Of a stretch of DNA of 64,000 bases, positions 49,615-58,210 are shown in pieces. The translations under genes and the position numbers were made by a program. The stretch's first letter is position 1, and each line of letters starts with the position of its first letter. The notes under the pieces were generated by a model, which saw nothing but the letters and a program-made list of their open reading frames with translations, made no database searches and was not told the origin of the DNA. The DNA is from a virus, in IMG/VR virus record IMGVR_UViG_3300017917_001914, positions 35,207 through 99,206 of that record; one strand, written 5' to 3'.

Positions 49615-52101
49615 TTAGAAATCAAATTTAACCAAAAACTGTTGAATCCCTTGTCTTAACACAGGAGATTGTAGCTTTGATATAATCATAAGATTCTTAT
49701 CAGAATCGTAAAGACCAATTTCAGTAATATATGAACTTGTTCCTTTAGTCCACGTTGGATTTGAGGTTGATTGAAACTCTGCTTGACCAAGATTTATTTT
49801 ATATTTCATCTCATATATTGTTGCTTCAATATCAGTTTCTAATGAACCATAGAAATAATATTCATCACCAAAATTCAATGAAGGTGTTGTTGTGTTATTT
49901 AAAACTAATGGGATAAAATCATTTAAATTATAATCGTCAGCTGCGGCATAATTCTCTTCAGTGATTGTAAACGTTGTTCCTGTTAAACTATCTACTGTTA
50001 GATAACCATTAATTGTTGTTGCACTTATTTGAGGTGTAAAATCAATGATTTTCCATTCATCTGGGTCAGGTCTACCATTACCAATAACTTTTTGACAAAT
50101 AACTTGGAAAGTATCAGCATAAAACCCTGTTATTAAATCACAAGAAGGACATAGAGTCGTTGTTGTGGTTGTTGTGGTAGTGGTTGTTGGAATTAATGTT
50201 GGTTGATTTAAACATGGGAACTCAGCACCAAATCTAATTGAAACGTTTTGTTCTGTTAAACCTCCACAAGAAATATTTGGCCCTTGAATTTTGGTATAAT
50301 AATTACAATGTAATGAATTTGTGAATATATCACTATTACTAAATCTGTAAGTTACATACATATATTCAGTATCCGCAGTTAAAATACCATTAACTGTTGG
50401 TTGATTATTTTCTATAACACAAGTGTTTGGTGTTGTTAATCCGATTTTAGGTGCAGGTAATGTCCAATTACGATTTGATTTATAAGACATTGCAGCAATG
50501 ATTTCTTCATCATCAATTATAATGATTTGTGAATCAGGGAATACTTTACCAATTCTATTTGGATATCCATTATCATTTGGGTTATTATCCCAAAGTTGGT
50601 AATATCTAATACCCGGAGTATTCATATCCGGATTTTTAGTTGATTCTATATAGTATTCTCTGAATATTAAACTTTGTCCGTCATTTGATACTAAATCTTC
50701 AAATCCTGGTGGGTCAACCCAAAAAGTTTGACCTTTACAACACTCAGGGTTTTTATGCCACATAAGCCATGGTAAATGTAATTTGAAGTTACGAGCTTCA
50801 CCTGTTGTATCTGTAGGATTATTAGGGTCATAAGGTTCAAAGGCAAATTTCTCACCATAGAAGAAATCAATTGATTGGTTAGTATAGTGAATAATAGCAA
50901 TAGCTTTTTGTTCACTAGGTTGAACAACTACAGTTTCATCAAATGAATTGTAATAGTAAACAATACCCGTATCTGTTTGTCCACTATCAGACATATATCC
51001 GAAATATTCTTTACTACCTAAATAAGATGCTGAACCAAAATATTGATAACCTTTATAAGTAGATTCATATAATCCTGCAGGATTTTCCGACCAAGGAATA
51101 TTCATATTCCAAATTTTAACATCAGATTCGTCCGTACTACATAATGACTCAAAATTAATAACATTTTGATTCCAATGAGAACTTGGTGTAACACTATCGT
51201 ATATTGTTGTCATATTTGGTGGGTATACTAATACTCTAGCATAACATCCACTTGAAAAGTTTGAAAAATCAGGTGTAGGTCTATCTAACGTATAATTACC
51301 GTTACAAATATCTATAATTTTATATGTTAATATTGAATAACAACTACTCATAGACATCTCACAATTAGGAGGTGTTGGAGTTGGTAAAGGGGTTGATGAA
51401 CAAGTTATTGTTGGAGTTGGGGTTGGAGTAGGTGTTTGACATATAGTTGATGTATGTGTTGGTGTAGGTGTTGACATAGGTGTTGATGTAGATGTCAACC
51501 CTGGCGTTGATGTAGGTGTTGGTGTTGGGCCTGGTTCACAATAACAATTGTTTTTACCTTGTCCGTCATAATATATTGTTACAAAATCACCTATAGATGG
51601 TAATCTTACAATATTTGAATTACATCCTGAATATATTAATTGAATAACACTACCACCTGTCAATGTAGACATATCTACAAGGTAGTTAGAATTTATAGTG
51701 TATTGGCTATTAGTTAACGCACTCCAAGTTATAGTTGTTGCAGTTGTATCACCGGTGAAAAATCCTCTCATTGCTGCTCTATTATAAACTGCTTGAGGAA
51801 CTGATGCCATATATGGAATTCCATAAGTATTACCGGTTATTCCATCAACATAGTATGGGTATTTAACATTTTGTTTATTAGATTCAGGAGCTCCTGTTGA
51901 ATTTTGAGCGTTAAACGCTGGTTCAAGAATGTTTGTTGAGGTTTGATTATAAGGTGTCCCGGTTAATGTGTTATAAGACACTTCACTATCACCTACTTGA
52001 AAATAAGAAATGTTAAAACTACCTTGTGATAGTTTTTGTCTTGCGGTATCGGTTAATCTTGTGCTAAGTAAACCTTGTGTATTTTTTAATATGTATCCCA
52101 T
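49615..52101 (-). CDS. Tail fibre attachment / baseplate-associated protein with PT and poly-T tracts
   Basis: N-terminal TRLTDTARQKLSQGSFNISYFQVGDSEVSY and C-terminal YITEIGLYDSDKNLMIISKLQSP resemble a split tail-fibre N-terminal (P2 gpH-type) fold. PT tract at 51367-51535, T-run at 50155-50190. Confidence 0.7.
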   Translation of the reverse strand: MGYILKNTQGLLSTRLTDTARQKLSQGSFNISYFQVGDSEVSYNTLTGTPYNQTSTNILEPAFNAQNSTGAPESNKQNVKYPYYVDGITGNTYGIPYMASVPQAVYNRAAMRGFFTGDTTATTITWSALTNSQYTINSNYLVDMSTLTGGSVIQLIYSGCNSNIVRLPSIGDFVTIYYDGQGKNNCYCEPGPTPTPTSTPGLTSTSTPMSTPTPTHTSTICQTPTPTPTPTITCSSTPLPTPTPPNCEMSMSSCYSILTYKIIDICNGNYTLDRPTPDFSNFSSGCYARVLVYPPNMTTIYDSVTPSSHWNQNVINFESLCSTDESDVKIWNMNIPWSENPAGLYESTYKGYQYFGSASYLGSKEYFGYMSDSGQTDTGIVYYYNSFDETVVVQPSEQKAIAIIHYTNQSIDFFYGEKFAFEPYDPNNPTDTTGEARNFKLHLPWLMWHKNPECCKGQTFWVDPPGFEDLVSNDGQSLIFREYYIESTKNPDMNTPGIRYYQLWDNNPNDNGYPNRIGKVFPDSQIIIIDDEEIIAAMSYKSNRNWTLPAPKIGLTTPNTCVIENNQPTVNGILTADTEYMYVTYRFSNSDIFTNSLHCNYYTKIQGPNISCGGLTEQNVSIRFGAEFPCLNQPTLIPTTTTTTTTTTTLCPSCDLITGFYADTFQVICQKVIGNGRPDPDEWKIIDFTPQISATTINGYLTVDSLTGTTFTITEENYAAADDYNLNDFIPLVLNNTTTPSLNFGDEYYFYGSLETDIEATIYEMKYKINLGQAEFQSTSNPTWTKGTSSYITEIGLYDSDKNLMIISKLQSPVLRQGIQQFLVKFDF

Positions 52102-52131
52102 GTGATATAAATATTCTTATTTTTTTTATTT

Positions 52132-53151
52132 TTAACTAACACTTATTATTTCTACACGACAACACCCACAACCGGATATCGTTGCATTACCAATACTAAA
52201 TGAATCTTGACTTGATGTATAAGTACAAGGTGTTAATGGTTCGTTTTGTGTAATTGTTGTTGTTGTGTTTAGTACTATTGAATCTGAATTTGAAAATGTT
52301 AATGTCTCCCAACTTTCAGTATAAAAATCAATATAATTTGTTAAATTTTGACACCCTTGAATTGGGTTATAATTTGTGTTTGATGTTGTAGACCCTGTAG
52401 TTGTAACAGTTATTGGTGTATTATTTTTAGTTAATATTGTATTAGTAGTCAAAGTGGCTGTTGAGGCACTTGGTGAATAATTAAATTGATTATTATGATA
52501 AATATTAAAACTAATAGTTGTTCCACTTGGTAATTCAGGTGTAACACTAACGGTTGTTGTATATTGATTAGTTAATGTCGTATTATTATTTACCGGATTT
52601 GTTGATGTTGTAATTAATTTTACACTATATAATGTTGGTGGTGCCGGTTCATTTAATGTTACATTATTACTATTGGTATTACCACTTAAATCAATTACTT
52701 TAATACTATATATACCCGAACATAAATTATTAAAAATTGGTGAATTAGAATAAGTTACACCATTATCTATTGAGTATTGGTACGGAGGGTAACCACCTGA
52801 AGCTGTAATCATCAAATTACCATCACACGTACATATTGGTTGATTAACACTATAAGTTAACGAGTTAACACCTAATGGATTACAAACACCTTCATTTGCT
52901 ACTACAGTTCCGTTAGCTCCTAATATGTACCAAGAGTTAAGAGGAGGATAAGATGCTGATGAATAAACTGAATAAGATAAATTACCTCCATTCAATTTCC
53001 ATCTACTTAATGAAATGTCCCAATTAATTGAATAGGCATAATCATCGGAAATCCATTGATTATATCCATTACCATCTAACCCATTTGGATTAAAATGAAT
53101 TTGTAAGTTATTAATACTAATATTTAAACAAAAATTATATTCAATTTCCAT
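52132..53151 (-). CDS. SprB-repeat-containing, Thr/Asn-rich structural protein
   Basis: ASGGYPPYQYSIDNG...FNNLCSGIYSIKVID. Likely start is ATG 53151 (MEIEYNFC), or it is the 3' half of a split gene. Confidence 0.65.
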   Translation of the reverse strand: MEIEYNFCLNISINNLQIHFNPNGLDGNGYNQWISDDYAYSINWDISLSRWKLNGGNLSYSVYSSASYPPLNSWYILGANGTVVANEGVCNPLGVNSLTYSVNQPICTCDGNLMITASGGYPPYQYSIDNGVTYSNSPIFNNLCSGIYSIKVIDLSGNTNSNNVTLNEPAPPTLYSVKLITTSTNPVNNNTTLTNQYTTTVSVTPELPSGTTISFNIYHNNQFNYSPSASTATLTTNTILTKNNTPITVTTTGSTTSNTNYNPIQGCQNLTNYIDFYTESWETLTFSNSDSIVLNTTTTITQNEPLTPCTYTSSQDSFSIGNATISGCGCCRVEIISVS

Positions 53152-53153
53152 AG

Positions 53154-53714
53154 TTAAGTTGTTGAGGTTAATTGACATGTTGTTGTAGCGGTAAAATCTC
53201 CCCAATAATCTACAATAGTTACAGGATAAGACCCAACAGATAAATTCATAACCGCAGGGCTAATATTTCCTGAAATACTACCACCCCAAATATATTTGTA
53301 TGGTGGAGTACCACCGGTTATTGAAACCGAAACTCTCCCATCATTTGATGTTGAACTTGAAGGATTAATAGAATCACATTCAATGGTCATTGGAAATATT
53401 GTAATTACATCACATTCATTTGATTGAAGATAAGTAATTGCTGGTTGTGGTGGTGGAGGTGGAAAACAACTATAAGCATTTTCTAAACAATCTTGACAAT
53501 CAGGATGTAACGTTACAGTACCATTTGTTCCGTTATATATTAACGAACCTGATGGTATTGGCCCTTCAATTAAAGTTGCACACCCACTGAATGAAGGAAC
53601 TTCAATTGAGTAAACATTACCATATATGGGTAAAGTTAGTAAAAGGTCATTTACTCCGAAATAATTATCGGATTCATTTAATTTGACGCAACATGTTTGA
53701 AAATAATATATCAT
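53154..53714 (-). CDS. Cys-rich SprB-repeat-containing protein
   Basis: ITGGTPPYKYIWGG...NLSVGSYPVTIVDYWGD; DCQDC and PPPPPQP. TATTTAT on - at 53737-53743. Confidence 0.7.
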   Translation of the reverse strand: MIYYFQTCCVKLNESDNYFGVNDLLLTLPIYGNVYSIEVPSFSGCATLIEGPIPSGSLIYNGTNGTVTLHPDCQDCLENAYSCFPPPPPQPAITYLQSNECDVITIFPMTIECDSINPSSSTSNDGRVSVSITGGTPPYKYIWGGSISGNISPAVMNLSVGSYPVTIVDYWGDFTATTTCQLTSTT

Positions 53715-53734
53715 TATAATGTTTTTCTGTTATA

Positions 53735-54715
53735 CTATAAATAATCCTTTATTTGTTTTTTAACCAAAGATTTCATAACTTCTACATATTTTTTTGTAGA
53801 ACTTTGAGAACTAACATAATCAAAAAAGTTAATATCCTCTTTTAGTTTATCTAATGGATTAATATTAATAAAATCTCCTTTATAAAATTTATCTTGTTTT
53901 TGGTTACCGGTAACTCCTGCCATATGAAGAATTGGTTTATCTTCATATATTTGTATTGAATCTGTTGCCCATGAAAAATCTAATTCAGGTGTTATTCGAG
54001 TTTCAATTCCATGTAACCATAAGTTCCATAATAATGACCACATTTCTGCAGTCCAAAATTGAATTTCACCGGGACTAATTGGGAATCTTTTTTGATAATC
54101 TAACATTTGGTCATATAATGGAACACAATCTGCATAAATTTTTTCCCATAATAACCAATCAGTATTTTTGATTATATATTGTCCACCACCTGAATTCTCT
54201 TGATTACATTCGATACATTCAACAGAAACACCTATAACGTCTGCCATTTCTTGAATTAATTGACCTTTACCGGAAGTTGGGTGTGCATTCTCATAACGTT
54301 CACAACAATCCATAATATATCTGTAACCAATATAACCTATTGTATCAGATAGATATGTTATATCGTCATTAATTAAACTATCAAAATTTGGTAATTTTCT
54401 GAAGATAATATCAGAGTCGTGTAAGAAGAAACATTTACCATATTCAGGAAAATCTTTTAACCATTTTGAAATTAAAAAAGGCTTTACTGTTGGTATATAA
54501 TGTTTTTGAGGTCTGTCGTCAATATAATGATGAACATTAACACCTAAATCTTTAATTTTTAAAGATTCTTCAGTTGGTTTACCATCCTCACTTATAATTC
54601 CAAGTAATATGTGTATTTGATTGGGGGAGATTCCATGTTCAATAAAGTTATGTATATACACCATTATTTGCCAATGGAAATATGGTACATCAGGTTGTGC
54701 TGTAACAAAAATCAT
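53735..54715 (-). CDS. GT-A glycosyltransferase resembling peptidyl-Ser O-galactosyltransferase / Hyp O-arabinosyltransferase (GT96/GT95-like)
   Basis: Ordered motifs PYFHWQ, Y-x-P-x-x-KP-x4-WL, FFLHDSDIIF (DxD), GGG, WTAEMWS and terminal ILH match, from memory, SGT1/HPAT motifs YFDWQ, YPAINKP-x4-WL, ILDAD, VGG, WISEMY and IH. Confidence 0.75.
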   Translation of the reverse strand: MIFVTAQPDVPYFHWQIMVYIHNFIEHGISPNQIHILLGIISEDGKPTEESLKIKDLGVNVHHYIDDRPQKHYIPTVKPFLISKWLKDFPEYGKCFFLHDSDIIFRKLPNFDSLINDDITYLSDTIGYIGYRYIMDCCERYENAHPTSGKGQLIQEMADVIGVSVECIECNQENSGGGQYIIKNTDWLLWEKIYADCVPLYDQMLDYQKRFPISPGEIQFWTAEMWSLLWNLWLHGIETRITPELDFSWATDSIQIYEDKPILHMAGVTGNQKQDKFYKGDFININPLDKLKEDINFFDYVSSQSSTKKYVEVMKSLVKKQIKDYL

Positions 54716-54793
54716 AATAATTAAAACGTTTTTAATTAAATATAAATGACAATCAAATGTAATAAATGGTAAAGATGATGATATTTATATAAT

Positions 54794-54964
54794 ATGAAAC
54801 TGATTAGAACAATATCAAATTTGGTTACAGAATCTAAAAGAATTTACGAAGAGGCCTGTGAAAAAGGTGTCAACGAAAAAGAATTAGATAGATTAGAAAA
54901 AAACTACAATGAATCTTTAAAACTTTTAAAGTTGTATGAAGGTTTAGGTAAAAAAACAGAATAG
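54794..54964 (+). CDS. Small hypothetical protein (56 aa), not in the ORF track
   Basis: MKLIRTISNLVTESKRIYEEACEKGVNEKELDRLEKNYNESLKLLKLYEGLGKKTE*, with TATTTAT at 54782-54788 just upstream. Confidence 0.7.
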   Translation: MKLIRTISNLVTESKRIYEEACEKGVNEKELDRLEKNYNESLKLLKLYEGLGKKTE

Positions 54965-54966
54965 TT

Positions 54967-57870
54967 TTACGTTCCGTAAGCTATTTCAACACCCTCAATA
55001 TGTATCGTCCATCTTAATGTTTCACCAACCGCACCTGTTACTTGTACTTGTAAAGCATCGTTAGTATTGTCTGCGGTAATTGTAACATCATAAGACGCGT
55101 TATCTTCCATATCAGTACCAATAGTTGATACTGTACCAATTAAAGATGTTGTCCCACCTACATTCTTAATAGCCACTTTTCTGATGTAATGAGCCCCTGC
55201 AGAACCATCAGATTTAATACCACCAATATTAACAGTCACAAACATTGCTGTTCCATTAATAACACTTATAAGTTCACTTGTTCCATTTAAGAATATATTA
55301 ACTGGTGTGGCATTTGTTGTTTTATTTCTACCAACTAAATCGATTTGTTGTGAGGCGGCCGGAGCTGTTGTTCCACTCCAAACACCTGTTGCAAATGACC
55401 TTTGACCAAAACGAGGTGCACATGCGAAACTTCCTCCCATGATTGCAGAATATCGACCCGATGTTTCGTTTCCTGCCCCACCACCTATAAAAGTTGAAGT
55501 TTCATTTGATATGTTACAATTTCCTCCAGCAATAACTGATGAACTGGCATATAGTGTCATAGTATTACAAAGACCACCACCAATAAATGAAAGAGTTCCT
55601 CGAGTATAGTTGCAAAAACCACCCGCAATTGTTGCTTGTGACCGATTTATTATATTTCCTTGTCCACCACCGATTGTTCCGTAAGGTTCACAAACACAAT
55701 TACATCTACCTCCACCGATTGTTGCGTAGGCACCATATGTTGATGCTAGATTTAATCTACCACCACCAATAAATGCAAAACATTCTGAAACGGTATTACC
55801 TGAACCACCACCTATTGTTGATAATAAACCTTGTGTATTGTTTTGAAAACCACCACCTATTGTTGATAATTTACCTGCATTGTTTTTTGTTGGTGACACA
55901 TTAAATATTCCCGTAGAACCAAAAGTTCCTCCAGAAGTATTATTTCCAGCACCACCACCAATAGTTGCGCCTAATGAACAACTTTCATTTGTTGGGGATT
56001 GTATTATATTACATCTACCACCACCAATTGTTGAATTGCTTGCATTAGTGCAGTTAGTTGAACCACCACCAATCGTTGAATGACTTCCACATGATATATT
56101 AGATTCACCACCACCAATTTTTGACCATGAAGAAAACACGCAATTGCTTCTACCACCATTAATAACTGAATAAGTACCTCCTGAAATTGTGTTACATTGA
56201 CCACCACCTATAACATTTTTTTGATTAGTAATTGTATTATTAAAACCACCACCAATTACAGACAAACAACTTGCGTAATTTGGAATAATACTATTTCTTA
56301 AACCACCACCAATAAATGATAAATCACTTGTAATTATATTAGCAGTTCCCCCAACAATAGATGATGTACGACCTGATACGGTATTCCCTAAACCACCACC
56401 AATAAATCCTTGGTAACACCCACTTGAGCTTGTTGTAAAATTTCTTAAAAATGGTACAGATAAAGAGAATGGATTTACTGCCGCAGTTGCACCACTAACA
56501 TATAAGTTAGTATATGGTGCGGAATATGTTTGTCCCGTAACAACTACGTTTCGACTACATCCAAGATTATCGTATGTTAATAAAAGGTCATTTACACTAA
56601 ACGATGATGATTGATTCCCGTACAATTGTATTGTACAATTATTCGCGGAATATGATTGTATTACTTGAGAATTACCTATAAAGTTTAATGCTCCACCACC
56701 AATTATAGAATGTGCCCCACGACTTACGTTAACACTTCCTCCTCCAATAACCCCAAATGGTTCGACCACTCTATTATTATTACCACTAACAATACCACCA
56801 CCATAAGAATTTGAACCTAAACAGTTCCCACACCCACCTAATATTGCTGCTCTAACCCCATATGTTTTATTTTTAAAACCACCAACAATAATACCATCTT
56901 CACCAACACCTGTTGTTCCAGATATTTGATTACATCTACCACCACCAATAAATCCGTATGATTGACAAATTGTATTATTACCACCACCGGCGATTACTGA
57001 CCTTATTGGATTTAATGTATTACTGTTAATACAGTTAAAAACACCACCACCTATTGAAGAATCTGTTCCACAAATAAAATTAAATCTACCTCCCGCAATT
57101 GTTGTATAATTACAACATATTGTATGACTACGACCACCACCGATAAATGAATCAATTCCTGATGAAGTGTTATATCTACCACCACCAATTGTTGAATAAT
57201 TACCTAAAGAACAGTTACATCTACCACCACCAACAAATGATTGAAAACACGCTGTATTATTTCTACCACCGACTATTGTTGCGTAAGTACTTAATGCAGA
57301 ATTACCACAACCTCCGGCAATTGTTGTTGAAATTCCTGAAGTTTGGTTAGACCTACCACCACCAACAAATGAACATCCACACAACGCGGTATTTAAACGA
57401 CCACCGGCAATTGTTGAGGACGTACCTGATATGCTATTACCACAACCACCACCAACAGTTGAACCAAAACATCCTGATATATTACAACGACCACCACCTA
57501 TTGTTGAATAACAACCTGCATTATTATTACCATAACCACCTCCAATGAATGAATGTGTTCCACCACTAACTATGTTTTTTCTACCACCAACAACCATTGA
57601 ATTATTTGTTGTTGCTGAGTTTGAATACCCTCCTAAAGCTCCGGAATTATTACCTGATGCAAGATTATTAACATCTCTTCTTATAGAAGAATTAACACCT
57701 GTCCCACTAACAATAACAACAAATGGTGAGCCACTAATTGCTTCGTCAATGGTTGATTTATAAGATGAACCTGCCGGGTTTTGAGTCGGGTTATTAGTAT
57801 CAACAATATGTATTAATGTTTGACTAGTTGTAAAACCTGATGGTGAATATGTTCTTTGAGTTAATATCAT
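54967..57870 (-). CDS. Gly-rich repeat tail fibre / adhesin (beta-roll or beta-helix-like)
   Basis: Dozens of about 15-aa repeats S(T/F/V)I(G/A)GG-x-x-N-x6 in two blocks separated by a non-repetitive domain. Confidence 0.75.
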   Translation of the reverse strand: MILTQRTYSPSGFTTSQTLIHIVDTNNPTQNPAGSSYKSTIDEAISGSPFVVIVSGTGVNSSIRRDVNNLASGNNSGALGGYSNSATTNNSMVVGGRKNIVSGGTHSFIGGGYGNNNAGCYSTIGGGRCNISGCFGSTVGGGCGNSISGTSSTIAGGRLNTALCGCSFVGGGRSNQTSGISTTIAGGCGNSALSTYATIVGGRNNTACFQSFVGGGRCNCSLGNYSTIGGGRYNTSSGIDSFIGGGRSHTICCNYTTIAGGRFNFICGTDSSIGGGVFNCINSNTLNPIRSVIAGGGNNTICQSYGFIGGGRCNQISGTTGVGEDGIIVGGFKNKTYGVRAAILGGCGNCLGSNSYGGGIVSGNNNRVVEPFGVIGGGSVNVSRGAHSIIGGGALNFIGNSQVIQSYSANNCTIQLYGNQSSSFSVNDLLLTYDNLGCSRNVVVTGQTYSAPYTNLYVSGATAAVNPFSLSVPFLRNFTTSSSGCYQGFIGGGLGNTVSGRTSSIVGGTANIITSDLSFIGGGLRNSIIPNYASCLSVIGGGFNNTITNQKNVIGGGQCNTISGGTYSVINGGRSNCVFSSWSKIGGGESNISCGSHSTIGGGSTNCTNASNSTIGGGRCNIIQSPTNESCSLGATIGGGAGNNTSGGTFGSTGIFNVSPTKNNAGKLSTIGGGFQNNTQGLLSTIGGGSGNTVSECFAFIGGGRLNLASTYGAYATIGGGRCNCVCEPYGTIGGGQGNIINRSQATIAGGFCNYTRGTLSFIGGGLCNTMTLYASSSVIAGGNCNISNETSTFIGGGAGNETSGRYSAIMGGSFACAPRFGQRSFATGVWSGTTAPAASQQIDLVGRNKTTNATPVNIFLNGTSELISVINGTAMFVTVNIGGIKSDGSAGAHYIRKVAIKNVGGTTSLIGTVSTIGTDMEDNASYDVTITADNTNDALQVQVTGAVGETLRWTIHIEGVEIAYGT

Positions 57871-57901
57871 TGGTTTTTTGTTTTATATTATAAATAGTTC
57901 A

Positions 57902-58207
57902 TTATTGGAAATCGAATATCTCAAAATCCATAAATTCAAAATATTCATAATCTTGAAATTGTTTTGGAACTGGTGGTAATAAATTACAATATACTACTTC
58001 AAATCTTTCACAACCATCACCATAAATAACTTTAATACCTACTGCCGCCACATTATTAAATTGTGGTGGTAATACTATAACATTGTCAGGTGGTACTGAT
58101 GTTGTAATTGTTGCAATTAAAATACATTGGTTACCATAGACATCACACGCATAAATTATATACGGAAAGTTTGAACCTGTGATTGATTGTATGTTAATTG
58201 CTGTCAT
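57902..58207 (-). CDS. Small putative structural protein, paralog-like to 61348..61563
   Basis: I-x-I-x-x-ITG-x-x-P-x-x-IY-x-CD...PP...KVI...CE shared with 61348..61563. Confidence 0.6.
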   Translation of the reverse strand: MTAINIQSITGSNFPYIIYACDVYGNQCILIATITTSVPPDNVIVLPPQFNNVAAVGIKVIYGDGCERFEVVYCNLLPPVPKQFQDYEYFEFMDFEIFDFQ

Positions 58208-58210
58208 ATC

